Below are positions 29,403-39,050 of a DNA stretch of 64,000 nt, piece after piece. The notes under the pieces are model-generated. The model was not told the DNA's origin, did not search any database, and was given only the letters and a program-made list of their open reading frames with translations. The stretch comes from Chitinophaga pinensis (lineage in GTDB: Bacteria; Bacteroidota; Bacteroidia; NS11-12g; UBA955). Position 1 is the first letter of the stretch. Each line of letters begins with the position of its first letter. The stretch is taken from contig CAMDUE010000002.1 in NCBI GenBank assembly GCA_945877575.1, positions 197,861-261,860 of the forward strand, written 5' to 3'. Position numbers and translations under genes: made by a program.

Positions 29403-30905
29403 CAGTTCTTCAAGGGTGGCGATGTCTTTGACGGATTTATCGCGGCGCCAGCGCACGATGCGAGGGAAACGAACGGCGATGCCGCTTTTATGTCGGGTGC
29501 TACGATTGATTCCTTCGAAGGCGAGTTCGAAGACGAGTTCGGCGTCTACACTTTTTACAGGGCCGAAACTTTCACGGGTGTGGAGTTTGATCCATTTATT
29601 GACTTCTAGAATTTCAGCGTCAGTGAGTCCGGAATAGGCTTTAGCAAACGGTACGAGTTCCTCGCCTTTGTAAATGGCGAAGGTAAAATCGGTATATAGG
29701 TTGGCGCGACGACCGTGTCCGCGTTGGGCGTAGATGAGAACGGCATCAACAGTGTCTGCGTCGACTTTCCATTTCCACCAATCGCCGCGTTTACGTCCAA
29801 TTCCATAGGCTGAATCTTTGCGTTTGATCATGAGTCCTTCGCTTCTTATTTGGGAGGATTCATTTCTGATTTTCTGGAGTTCTTCAAAGTCTTTGGGATG
29901 AAAAACGGGACTGGGCTGTATGTGAGTGTTTGGTGATGGGAATAGATTGTCTAGTTGTTGTCGACGATTGAAAAGGGGTTCCTGGCGAAGGTCTTGACCG
30001 TTAATTTCGAGGAGGTCATAGGCTAAAAACACGACAGGGTAGTCTGTGAGAGTTTTTTTTCCGGGGGACTTTCTTCCGAGTCTTTTTTGCAGGTCTTGAA
30101 ACGGTCTTGGGAGTTGAAGTTCAAAGTCCCAACAAAGGATTTCCCCATCGAGGGCGCCCGAAAAAGCATCCCAAGAAAGCATGGAGGAAGCAAGTTCAGG
30201 AAATTGGTGGGTGATGATGTCTTCGCCGCGTGACCAGAGGTTTATGGAGTTGTTGCGTTTGATGATTTGCGCGCGGATGCCATCCCATTTAGGCTCTATT
30301 TGATAATTTGTAAGTGGATGAATATCTGTTGATTGAGGATCTTCATTGAAGGGAGACGCAAGGAAAAAAGGGTATGGTTTGGTAGAATTTAGATGGGGTT
30401 TTGGTGAGATGATGAGGTCTTGGTAGTTGGAGTTTTGCACGGTCCAATTTCCCATCAATCGGAGGTTGAGCTCGTCTTTTTCGATGCCTGTGTGAGCGTG
30501 AAGGGCTTGAACGAGAAGTCCTTGAGAGACGCCAAGTCGGAAGCCGCCGGTGAGGAGTTTGATTGATGGTAGTTGGTAGGGGGTAGAGGGTAGGGGGTAG
30601 AGGGACTGTGAGTTTTGGAGGATGAGGTGGATGGTTTCGGCGAGGTCACCTACTACGGAGTAGGATTCTTCGAAGAGCCAATCGGGGATTTGGGCGGTTT
30701 GGATGGCCCATTGTTTGAGTTCGGATAGTTTGATTTGTCGTTTGGGTCGGCGGCCGGTGAAGATTGCGATGACCATGAGTTTGTCAGGGTCTGGGGCTTG
30801 GTTGAAATAATGGGTTAGGGCTTGCACCTTACGGGAGTTTTTGGTGGTGGAGTCGAGTTCGTAGAAAAGTTTGGAAAAGAGATCAGGAACTTCGAAGATG
30901 TGCAT
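29385..30905 (-). CDS. ATP-dependent DNA ligase (ligase-associated DNA damage response type)
   Basis: GDLAETI, KLLTGGFRLGVSQ, PYPFFLA, EPKWDGIR (KxDG), LDGE, EGLMIK, WWKWK, AKAYSGLTD, RFPRI. Confidence 0.94.
   Translation of the reverse strand: MHIFEVPDLFSKLFYELDSTTKNSRKVQALTHYFNQAPDPDKLMVIAIFTGRRPKRQIKLSELKQWAIQTAQIPDWLFEESYSVVGDLAETIHLILQNSQSLYPLPSTPYQLPSIKLLTGGFRLGVSQGLLVQALHAHTGIEKDELNLRLMGNWTVQNSNYQDLIISPKPHLNSTKPYPFFLASPFNEDPQSTDIHPLTNYQIEPKWDGIRAQIIKRNNSINLWSRGEDIITHQFPELASSMLSWDAFSGALDGEILCWDFELQLPRPFQDLQKRLGRKSPGKKTLTDYPVVFLAYDLLEINGQDLRQEPLFNRRQQLDNLFPSPNTHIQPSPVFHPKDFEELQKIRNESSQIRSEGLMIKRKDSAYGIGRKRGDWWKWKVDADTVDAVLIYAQRGHGRRANLYTDFTFAIYKGEELVPFAKAYSGLTDAEILEVNKWIKLHTRESFGPVKSVDAELVFELAFEGINRSTRHKSGIAVRFPRIVRWRRDKSVKDIATLEELLSRIT
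30565..30606 (-). repeat. In-frame heptamer array (6 units, 42 bp) inside the DNA ligase
   Basis: Minus strand GTCCCTC TACCCCC TACCCTC TACCCCC TACCAAC TACCATC, encoding SLYPLPSTPYQLPS. Confidence 0.85.
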
Positions 30906-30906
30906 G

Positions 30907-30952
30907 TTGCGAATTTCGCAAATTTTGGCGGGGAGTTTTGTGAAAAATGCAA
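30907..30952. promoter_or_regulatory. Pair of TTGCG-W5-YGCAA-like palindromes in the ligase/wecB divergent region
   Basis: TTGCG AATTT CGCAA (30907-30921) and TTGTG AAAAA TGCAA (30938-30952). Confidence 0.45.
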
Positions 30953-30974
30953 GAACTTAGAAAATTGAATGACT

Positions 30975-30982
30975 TAACTTTG
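30975..30982 (+). promoter_or_regulatory. Bacteroidota -7 element 4 nt before the wecB ATG
   Basis: TAACTTTG-CACC-ATG. Confidence 0.75.
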
Positions 30983-30986
30983 CACC

Positions 30987-32081
30987 ATGAAAATCACGTT
31001 GGTTGCGGGGGCGAGACCCAACTTTATGAAGATAGCTCCAATCCTTAGGGCAATTGAGGGGGCGGCGATTCGTGGGGAAGATATTCAATATCGATTGGTG
31101 CATACTGGACAGCACTACGACAAGGCAATGTCGGGTAGCTTCTTTGAGCAATTGGGAATTCCTGAGCCAAACGTGAATTTGGAATGTGGAGGTGGAAGTC
31201 ATGCAGAGCAGACTGCGGCTATTATGGTTGCGTTTGAGAAAGAGTTGATGGCACACCCTTGCGATTGGGTGGTGGTGGTTGGAGATGTTACTTCTACAAT
31301 GGCCTGTTCAATTTCAGCTAAGAAGTTACATATTAAGGTTGCGCACGTAGAGGGAGGAATCAGAAGCGGTGATATTACCATGCCCGAAGAGATCAATCGT
31401 TTGGTGACAGACAGCATCACGGATGTGTTTTTTACCACATCGGAGGTGGCTAACAGTAATTTGAGAAAAGCTGGGGTATCGGAGGAGAGCATTGTTTTTG
31501 TGGGTAATACCATGATTGACACGTTGTTGAGGCATGAAAATGATTTTGTAGCACCTGCATTTTGGGAGGCTGAGTCTTTGAAGAAGGGTGACTATTTGGT
31601 GATGACCTTGCATAGGCCATCGAATGTGGATGATGCTGATCAGTTGAGGTCTATTTTCGAGGTGATTGATGATGAATTGAAAGATCATAAAGTGGTTTTT
31701 CCAGTACATCCGAGAACCCGAAAAAACATGGAAAGTTTTGGAATTAAGCCTATGAATGTGGTGATGGCTGAGCCTTTGGGGTATTTTGAATTCAATTATT
31801 TGGTGAAAAATGCCAAAGGGGTGATTACCGATTCAGGGGGAATTACAGAAGAGACCACTGTGATGGGTGTTCCGTGTATCACTATGAGGAATAGCACCGA
31901 AAGACCGGAGACGGTTGATATTGGTACCAATGAGTTGATAGGAACCGACCCTGAAAATTTGAGAAAAGCATTGAAACAACTGCTTTCGGGCCAATGGAAA
32001 AAAGGAAATATTCCTCCAATGTGGGACGGTAAAACTGCTGAGCGAATCGTGGAGTGGTTTTCTCTAAATTTGCAAAAATGA
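30987..32081 (+). CDS. wecB: UDP-N-acetylglucosamine 2-epimerase (non-hydrolysing)
   Basis: GARPNFMK, HTGQHYD, HVEGGIRS, MPEEINR, TLHRPSNVD, TDSGG..EE, TERPET. Confidence 0.95.
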   Translation: MKITLVAGARPNFMKIAPILRAIEGAAIRGEDIQYRLVHTGQHYDKAMSGSFFEQLGIPEPNVNLECGGGSHAEQTAAIMVAFEKELMAHPCDWVVVVGDVTSTMACSISAKKLHIKVAHVEGGIRSGDITMPEEINRLVTDSITDVFFTTSEVANSNLRKAGVSEESIVFVGNTMIDTLLRHENDFVAPAFWEAESLKKGDYLVMTLHRPSNVDDADQLRSIFEVIDDELKDHKVVFPVHPRTRKNMESFGIKPMNVVMAEPLGYFEFNYLVKNAKGVITDSGGITEETTVMGVPCITMRNSTERPETVDIGTNELIGTDPENLRKALKQLLSGQWKKGNIPPMWDGKTAERIVEWFSLNLQK

Positions 32082-34399
32082 AAATTTCCGTTAATTGGTT
32101 AAAATCTTTGGTTCCGGTGGAGGAAAGCGCGCAGCAAATTGCTGATCGATTGTCGGTTTCGGGACTAGAAGTGGAGCATATAGAAGAGTGGGAGAGTTTG
32201 CCCGGAGGATTGAAGGGATTTATTGTTGGTCAGGTACTTACCTGCGAAAAACACCCTGATGCCGATCGGTTGAGCGTGACTACGGTTGATGTTGGAACGG
32301 GTGAACCCTTAAATATTGTTTGCGGTGCACCGAATGTGGCGGCGGGTCAGAAAGTGGTGGTAGCTACGGTGGGCACGGAAGTTAGAATCCCCGGAAAAGA
32401 ACCTTTTTCCATAGGAAAAAGTAAGATCCGCGGAGCAGTGAGTGAGGGCATGATTTGCGCTGAAGATGAGATGGGACTGAGTGCGGGGCACGATGGAATC
32501 ATGGTTCTTCCTGATTCTGTGGAAGTAGGAACTTTGGCAGCAGATTATTTTGGAATTGAGCGTGATACGGTTCTTGAAATTGGATTGACAGCGAACCGAG
32601 GAGATGCCGCTTCTCATTTGGGAGTTGCTCGCGATGTCGCTGCCTTATATGGGGCAACAGTATTGGAGCAAAAGTCACTGGATTTTGAGGGATTGGGCTC
32701 TGCTTCGAAGAGCATTGTTATAGAAAATAGCGAGCTTTGTCGCAGATATGTAGGAGTGAGTATTGAAGGGGTTGAAATTAAAGAGTCGCCCGAATGGTTG
32801 AAAAACCGTTTGAAAGCCATTGATATTGAGCCCAAGAACAATGTGGTGGATGCCACTAATTATGTGTTGCATCATTTTGGGCAGCCGGTTCATGCTTTTG
32901 ATGCTGATTGTTTGGGAAAAGAAGTTTATGTTAAGTTGGCTTCCGGCCAAAAGGCGGTTCTTTTGGATGGTAAGGAGATTGAATTGAAAACTTCAGACCT
33001 GGTGATTGCAGATGATCAAAATATTCTTGCATTGGCCGGGGTGATGGGCGGAAAATCATCGGCGGTGAGCGGTGAAACCAAGAATTTATTTTTGGAAATC
33101 GCGCATTTTCATCCCACTTATGTGAGAAAATCGGCCAAGGCGCATGTGATTAATACGGATGCTTCTTTCCGGTTTGAAAGAGGAATTGACATTGAGAACC
33201 TTCCCAATGTGGCTGGGTTCTTGTCAGGGTTGATTTTGGATATTTCCGGAGGACGTTTGGTTGGAATGACGGATGAATATCCTTCGGAAAGAGAAAAGAA
33301 AACCATCGATTTGAGTTTGGGTGCATTGAATCAATTTGCGGGATATACCTACGAAGTGGCAGATGTGGAGCGGATCTTGAGCAGTTTGGGATTTGAAGTT
33401 CAAGGTGCGAGCGAAGGACATTGGATGGTGGACGTTCCAGGTTGGCGCAACGATGTTGAGCAGGTGGTTGACTTGTACGAAGAGGTCATGCGGATATACG
33501 GTTACGACCGAATTCCGATGAGCGGAAAAATGCAGGTGTCGTTGGGTGATTTCAGCGGCATGGAGCGCAAGAAAAAGGAGAATATTACTCGCAACTATTT
33601 GGTTGATAGAGGTTTATTTGAAGCACAAACGAACAGTTTGGTATCGCCTGAATGGTATAATAGTGAGAGTTTGGTTGGATTAAGCAATCCATTGAGCGCG
33701 GACATGTCTGTGATGCGGGAGAGTTTGATTCCGGGTCTTTTGCAGTCGGTGGCGTACAATCAAAACAGGCAAGCCCGCAGGGTTCAGTTGTTTGAATTCG
33801 GACGTGTGTACGGGAAGAGCGATTCTGGAGAGTTTAAGGAAACGCCGGTGTTGGCCATTGTTTTATGGGGCTCGAAAGATGTGGAGTCTTGGGAAGGCCG
33901 CGAGGAAAAGGTTGATTTTTTCAGCTTGAAGCGTTTGGTTTCTGGACTTTTAGCGCGTTTGGATAGTGGTTTGTCGGTGGCAGATTGCGAAATCAAGCGT
34001 GTTTCTGGGGCGTGGATGAAGAAAGCTGATGTTTCGGGTGAAGTATGGTCAGTAGAAATACCATTGAAGAAATTGTACAAGCCTGGTCGGAAGCAAGTTC
34101 GTTACGAAGAGGCATCGAAGTTCTTCCAAGTGAGGAGGGATTTGAGTTTGGTGGTAGATAAAGCGGTTGGATTTGCTCAATTGGAGACGTTGGTAAAGTC
34201 TTCTAAAATGAAGAATTTGGTTGAGTTTAAGGTTTTTGATGTATTTGAAGGCAAACCTTTGGATGAGGGCAAAAAAGCCATTTCATTGAGTTTTGCGTTT
34301 AATAAGAAAGACGAACCCATGAAAGAGGGCGAAGCCGATGCAAGTATGGATCGACTGATGAAGTCTTTTGAAGAAATGGGTGCGTTGATTCGCAGATAA
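32078..34399 (+). CDS. pheT: Phenylalanine-tRNA ligase beta subunit
   Basis: MKISVNWL, HPDADRL, CGAPNV, NRGDA, RFERG, DLYEEVMRIYGY, C-terminal FDX-ACB domain. ATG at 32078 preferred. Confidence 0.96.
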   Translation: MKISVNWLKSLVPVEESAQQIADRLSVSGLEVEHIEEWESLPGGLKGFIVGQVLTCEKHPDADRLSVTTVDVGTGEPLNIVCGAPNVAAGQKVVVATVGTEVRIPGKEPFSIGKSKIRGAVSEGMICAEDEMGLSAGHDGIMVLPDSVEVGTLAADYFGIERDTVLEIGLTANRGDAASHLGVARDVAALYGATVLEQKSLDFEGLGSASKSIVIENSELCRRYVGVSIEGVEIKESPEWLKNRLKAIDIEPKNNVVDATNYVLHHFGQPVHAFDADCLGKEVYVKLASGQKAVLLDGKEIELKTSDLVIADDQNILALAGVMGGKSSAVSGETKNLFLEIAHFHPTYVRKSAKAHVINTDASFRFERGIDIENLPNVAGFLSGLILDISGGRLVGMTDEYPSEREKKTIDLSLGALNQFAGYTYEVADVERILSSLGFEVQGASEGHWMVDVPGWRNDVEQVVDLYEEVMRIYGYDRIPMSGKMQVSLGDFSGMERKKKENITRNYLVDRGLFEAQTNSLVSPEWYNSESLVGLSNPLSADMSVMRESLIPGLLQSVAYNQNRQARRVQLFEFGRVYGKSDSGEFKETPVLAIVLWGSKDVESWEGREEKVDFFSLKRLVSGLLARLDSGLSVADCEIKRVSGAWMKKADVSGEVWSVEIPLKKLYKPGRKQVRYEEASKFFQVRRDLSLVVDKAVGFAQLETLVKSSKMKNLVEFKVFDVFEGKPLDEGKKAISLSFAFNKKDEPMKEGEADASMDRLMKSFEEMGALIRR

Positions 34400-34409
34400 A
34401 ATCAAAAAT

Positions 34410-35132
34410 GTGAAAACCATAACCGTAGATATTGGAAATACCCGATCTAAATATGTGGTTTGGAGCAATGAAGGCTTGATGCTTGAGCATGGAAGCGATG
34501 TGTTGATGGTTGATTTGTTGGCGCGGTTTCCAGATTCAAAGATGGTAGTGTCTTGCGTGGGTAAACGGAACGAAGTTGTGCCTGTTGAAGCGAAATTTTT
34601 AGAGGTTGGAGGCCGTTTTCCTTTTGAAATTGGTATTGAGCAACCCCATACTTTGGGTGTTGATCGATTGGCAGGCATGTTGGGTGCTTTTCATAAGTTT
34701 TCGGAAAGCGATTTGTTGGTAATTGATTTGGGAAGCTGTGTAACCTATGATTATTTGTATTTAAAAGGCGATCATGGATTGCCCATTTATGCGGGTGGTG
34801 CAATTTCGCCGGGTTTGAGATTTCGATATGTGGTGATGTCTGAACATACGGCGGCACTTCCATATTTGGGTGATGAAGTTTCGAATTTTCTTCATGTTGT
34901 GAATGATGTAGAGAGAAATACCGTGACTGCTATGCATTCTGGAGTGCTTTTGGGTTTTTTGGATGAAGTTTCGGGAAGGGTTGATCGATTTTTTAAAGAA
35001 TATCAAGATGGATTGGTCGTTTTTACGGGTGGAGATGCCGAGTTGATTCATGAAAAGTTGGGTAATCGCTGGAAATCAAAGATATTTGTGGAACCGTGGT
35101 TGGTTCACTACGGACTTTATCATGCGTTATAA
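34410..35132 (+). CDS. coaX: Type III pantothenate kinase
   Basis: VDIGNT, TLGVDR, IDLGSCVTYD, GGAISPG, TGGDA. Confidence 0.92.
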   Translation: MKTITVDIGNTRSKYVVWSNEGLMLEHGSDVLMVDLLARFPDSKMVVSCVGKRNEVVPVEAKFLEVGGRFPFEIGIEQPHTLGVDRLAGMLGAFHKFSESDLLVIDLGSCVTYDYLYLKGDHGLPIYAGGAISPGLRFRYVVMSEHTAALPYLGDEVSNFLHVVNDVERNTVTAMHSGVLLGFLDEVSGRVDRFFKEYQDGLVVFTGGDAELIHEKLGNRWKSKIFVEPWLVHYGLYHAL

Positions 35133-36477
35133 AATAATTTTTGTCCTCATTTGGTGTTTTTTCACTTCTTCTGAAGGCTTTGGTCAGGGTAGTAGTGGGC
35201 AGAATTTCATCAGTTCACCTTATAGTAATTACGGTTTGGGAGATTGGACGCAAACCAATCAATACAATGCTTTTGGCGCACATAGTACATTTTCTGGATT
35301 ATACTCCTATTCGATGATGAATCCTGCAACTTTGGGGAATGTACGTTTCACTACATTAGATGTTGCAAGTAATTTGAGGTCAGGAACAACTACATCCGGA
35401 AGTGAGAAACAAGAGTTCTTGGGGGGTAATTTTGAATATTTGAGCTTGGCTCTTCCGGTTTGGAAGTACTTGAAAAGAAAACAGATTGGATTTGATACGG
35501 CTAGGAATGTAAAGCGTTGGAAATACACACCATTCGGTGCTTCAACCGCTATTACTTTAAGACCTCTCACCACGAAGGGTTATTCTTATTTTTTGGATAA
35601 TCAACAGGTTTTACCCACGCGCACCAGTTTTACCGGTTCAGGGGGAGTAAGCCAATTGATGTGGAATACAGGTTTCAGGTTTAGTGATCATTTTATGTTG
35701 GGTTATGGAACAGGATTTCTATTTGGCAATACTTCCGAAAAAGCATTATTTTCTATACCAGATAGTTTGGAGTTGGGTTTAGTTGAGGATTCTCGTACCT
35801 TGGTTTTCAGAGGTATGCAACAACAAGTGGGTGCTTTGATTCAATTTAAGATTGATACTACCTATCACAAAATTGGTGGCTATTATGAGTGGTATGGCGA
35901 TGTCAATGCCATTCAGAATAGGTTGACTCGTACCATGGCATACAACGTGAGTTTTACCTCACCGTTAGATACCATCATCAACGAAGTTGGTGTAAACAGG
36001 GGATTGACTTTGCCTCCCGCTTTTGGTTTCGGTTACACCCTTAGAATTCGAAATGATCTTCAACTGAGTGCTGACTATCGCAGGCAACTTTGGTCTAAGT
36101 ATGATGCCTTTTTTGATAGTAAAAAGGATTATCAAGACCGAGAGGATTACAATTTCAATTTGATTATCAATCCTTTAGATTATAAACTTGGCAATGTCAA
36201 GAAAATGCCAATGCCTATTCGTTTGGGATATGGATTGACCCATTCTCATATTTCGTTGAATGGTTCAAGATTGGAAGAGCAGCGGTATTCTGTGGGTGTG
36301 GGAATTCCTATGATTCGCAGATACTTTGACAATTCGGTAATCACGAATATGATTCACGTGAATCTGCAGTACATGACCCGCGGCGCAGGTTTGGCATATC
36401 CTAAAGAACAATTCATCACATTAGGAATAGGATTACAATTAGGTGATATTTGGTTTGCAAAACGCAAATATGATTAA
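35122..36477 (+). CDS. Outer-membrane beta-barrel protein (FadL-like, conserved after coaX in Bacteroidota)
   Basis: Signal peptide from ATG 35122; SPYSNYGLG, NPA, C-terminal WFAKRKYD. Confidence 0.7.
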   Translation: MRYKIIFVLIWCFFTSSEGFGQGSSGQNFISSPYSNYGLGDWTQTNQYNAFGAHSTFSGLYSYSMMNPATLGNVRFTTLDVASNLRSGTTTSGSEKQEFLGGNFEYLSLALPVWKYLKRKQIGFDTARNVKRWKYTPFGASTAITLRPLTTKGYSYFLDNQQVLPTRTSFTGSGGVSQLMWNTGFRFSDHFMLGYGTGFLFGNTSEKALFSIPDSLELGLVEDSRTLVFRGMQQQVGALIQFKIDTTYHKIGGYYEWYGDVNAIQNRLTRTMAYNVSFTSPLDTIINEVGVNRGLTLPPAFGFGYTLRIRNDLQLSADYRRQLWSKYDAFFDSKKDYQDREDYNFNLIINPLDYKLGNVKKMPMPIRLGYGLTHSHISLNGSRLEEQRYSVGVGIPMIRRYFDNSVITNMIHVNLQYMTRGAGLAYPKEQFITLGIGLQLGDIWFAKRKYD

Positions 36478-37060
36478 AAGTGTTTCTTGGGTAATGTTGG
36501 TATTCGCTGTGGTTGCTTGCAGCGATTTAGATACTAGCGCATACCGAAGAAAACGCACACAAGATTCCATTGCCACCCGTGAATACGCTGAAAAGGTAAC
36601 CATTGAGTACACAGATTCTGGGTATTTGAGGGCGCGAGTGTTTTCACCGGTCTTGGTGGCTGTGAAACAATCGGGAAGTCAGTTCATTGAAATGAACAAA
36701 GGATTGAAAGTTGATTTTTACGATCCTGATGGTTCCATTGCGAGTTATATGACGGCCGAATATGGAATCAGTTATCCAGACAAAAAAGAGATAATTGTTC
36801 GACGAAATGTAGAAATCTTGAATGTCAAAGGCGAGGTTTTAAATACCGAAGAACTGCGTTGGGATCAACGAACTGGGAAAATCATTACTGATCGATTTGT
36901 AAAAATCACCACTAAAGATCAAATCATAACTGGCCAAGGATTGATCAGTGATCAATCATTTACTGACTGGGAAATATTAGAAGTATCAGCCACATTAAAC
37001 GTTCCACATGATCAAATACCACGTCCTCGCTCTGTTGTCCCTGGTCGCGGCCGCTATTAG
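36470..37060 (+). CDS. lptC: LPS export protein LptC (Bacteroidota type)
   Basis: Lipobox VAC; YTDSG, GLKVDFY, L.TEEL.WD, I.TDRFVKI, G.G..SDQ.F. Confidence 0.85.
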   Translation: MIKSVSWVMLVFAVVACSDLDTSAYRRKRTQDSIATREYAEKVTIEYTDSGYLRARVFSPVLVAVKQSGSQFIEMNKGLKVDFYDPDGSIASYMTAEYGISYPDKKEIIVRRNVEILNVKGEVLNTEELRWDQRTGKIITDRFVKITTKDQIITGQGLISDQSFTDWEILEVSATLNVPHDQIPRPRSVVPGRGRY

Positions 37061-37202
37061 TGCGGTTGAGATTCTGGTAGTTTTTAGTAAGAATCCAACA
37101 GGATATTTATCTGATTTTGAATTTTGGTTATTGACGGGTGTCTTTGCTTTGTCAATGGTGATGTATTTCCGTGTGAAGCGGGAGCGCAAGAAAACCTTGT
37201 GA
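37008..37202 (+). CDS. Small two-TM membrane protein
   Basis: 64 aa, two hydrophobic helices, basic tail; position after lptC. Confidence 0.55.
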   Translation: MIKYHVLALLSLVAAAISAVEILVVFSKNPTGYLSDFEFWLLTGVFALSMVMYFRVKRERKKTL

Positions 37203-37269
37203 ATGTGAATTTCTAAAGTTTTCCACATAGATATTAACATTTATACATACTTCTTGGTATATTTGCTCC

Positions 37270-37899
37270 ATGAGTAAAAAGTCGACCCGAGAAAACATCC
37301 TCAGAAAATGTTTTGAAGCTGTTGAAAAACAAGGATTTGAGGCTCTTAGAACAGACAAAGAGATTCAAAATTTAAGTATATCGAAGGGGGCATTTTATCA
37401 TTATTTTCCAACGAAATTAGACTTGGGATATGCCTTGATTGAGGAAATAATCAAGCCAAAATACGAACAAAAGTGGTCAACCTTATTGGAAAATGAGTCG
37501 GAGATTGCATGGGCATTGCACAATTTGCTGGAAAAAGAGAAGGCCACCGCAAGCGAACAATTGATTTCAAGGGGCGATGTTCTGTACAACTTGATGTTGG
37601 AAATGAGCGGGGTTGATTCGCAATTTCGACTAAAGTTGGATGAGGTTTTAGAGATACAGGTGAAAATCTTGCAGAAAGCTTTGTTGGCTGGAAAGAATAA
37701 CGGACAATTCAAGTCGGGAATGGACTCACGTTCAATGGCTTATTTGTTGATAGGACAGTTGCACGGATGTTATGCAATAGCCAAAACGCGCGCGAGCAAA
37801 GAGGTTTTTATTTCAATGGTTAGCGCTTTGCAGCGTCAGTTACAGGAAGTGTTATATGCACAAGACCCCTCGCTGATGAAGCAAAGGGTCCTGGTTTAA
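37270..37899 (+). CDS. TetR/AcrR family regulator
   Basis: TRENIL..GF, ISKGAFYHYFPTK HTH; TATATTTG-CTCC-ATG promoter overlapped by ATAC-N6-GTAT. Confidence 0.9.
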   Translation: MSKKSTRENILRKCFEAVEKQGFEALRTDKEIQNLSISKGAFYHYFPTKLDLGYALIEEIIKPKYEQKWSTLLENESEIAWALHNLLEKEKATASEQLISRGDVLYNLMLEMSGVDSQFRLKLDEVLEIQVKILQKALLAGKNNGQFKSGMDSRSMAYLLIGQLHGCYAIAKTRASKEVFISMVSALQRQLQEVLYAQDPSLMKQRVLV

Positions 37900-37943
37900 G
37901 ATCGGAAGAAAGTAAGAGTAATATTTATAGATGATGCTCGGAT

Positions 37944-38960
37944 TTAGAAAAGTCCGAGCATTTGTTTTTTAGAGCCGTAGTCTTGAATGAGGAATTTGTT
38001 TCTCGCAGATTGTCCGGTTTTGCTGATAAGAGTGCCATTTTCTTTGCAGGTTTCGAGCCAATTTTCGGTAGAATACACCCAGTGGGGCGCTTCACTGAAT
38101 ACCACGCCACTCATTTGCGAACAGATTACAGCAATTTTATCTTTTAGGGTATGAAAAATGATGGAATTATCGGTGGTAATCATGGGCGTAAAAAATAATT
38201 TGTAACGCGCTCCCATATATTCTTCAACATAAGGATTGAGTTTTCGACCGAGTTCAGCCTGTCTATACACCAAGTTGATGAGTTGATCGTATTCCTTAAG
38301 AACATTGAGGAAGGTGCGGTCATCGGCGAACATTCCAGATTCTTTGTAGTGATAAATTTGATAAAGGGTTGAATATAGGGTTTCATATCCCCAGATTTCA
38401 TGCGAAGCAATTTTGAGGTATTTTTCGGCGAGTTTCATCCACTTGAATTCATTGGGCTTTGCTTGAAATTTCGTTTTATTCAATTCAGGTTGTTTGAGAA
38501 ATTCCCGGTTCCAAATGAAGTTTTTGAACTGGGCCAGCGCCGGAAACCACATATAGTAGAACATAGGCACCTCTTTGGCACCATACATTATATGTGAGTG
38601 ATTTTGGTGGATGCAATGATCGAGACGCGATTCAAGTTCCGTATAAAAATCGTCTGAGGTATAAGTTTCAAAATTGAGGGTTTTTAATTGTCCGCTTAGC
38701 CAATTATTATCAGCGTGTGAGAATTTATTGAGGTCAATATTGAACTCTTTGGCGAGTAAAATCATTTCATCGGCTCTAAGTGACTGCGGATTTCTGAGTC
38801 GGCGGTATGCCGCATCCTCCGAAATACATAGCAAATCAGCCATGATGGTTGCCGTTCTAAATCCCAATTTGCGGGTTTTTTCAGTAAATTCTTGAGTAAA
38901 AGTATGTGCCATAAGCTTTATAAAAGTGTTTGACCCATTAGACACCAATTTTTTGGACAT
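37944..38960 (-). CDS. HTH (BetR/XRE-like) transcriptional regulator with uncharacterised C-terminal domain
   Basis: MADLLCISEDAAYRRLR...L...E...LA..FNIDL N-terminal HTH; EIWG.ET..S.L.QI; start may be ATG 38912. Confidence 0.7.
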   Translation of the reverse strand: MSKKLVSNGSNTFIKLMAHTFTQEFTEKTRKLGFRTATIMADLLCISEDAAYRRLRNPQSLRADEMILLAKEFNIDLNKFSHADNNWLSGQLKTLNFETYTSDDFYTELESRLDHCIHQNHSHIMYGAKEVPMFYYMWFPALAQFKNFIWNREFLKQPELNKTKFQAKPNEFKWMKLAEKYLKIASHEIWGYETLYSTLYQIYHYKESGMFADDRTFLNVLKEYDQLINLVYRQAELGRKLNPYVEEYMGARYKLFFTPMITTDNSIIFHTLKDKIAVICSQMSGVVFSEAPHWVYSTENWLETCKENGTLISKTGQSARNKFLIQDYGSKKQMLGLF

Positions 38961-38978
38961 CCCCTAAAAAAAATTTCG

Positions 38979-39036
38979 ATTTGCGAAAAATGCAAATTCT
39001 TTTTTCCGGGGGACGTTGAATTTGCGAAAAACGCAA
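38979..39036. promoter_or_regulatory. Two palindromic operator-like sites
   Basis: ATTTGCGAAAAATGCAA (38979-38995) and ATTTGCGAAAAACGCAA (39020-39036), 16/17 identical, 41 bp apart. Confidence 0.65.
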
Positions 39037-39050
39037 GAGATGTAAAATCA

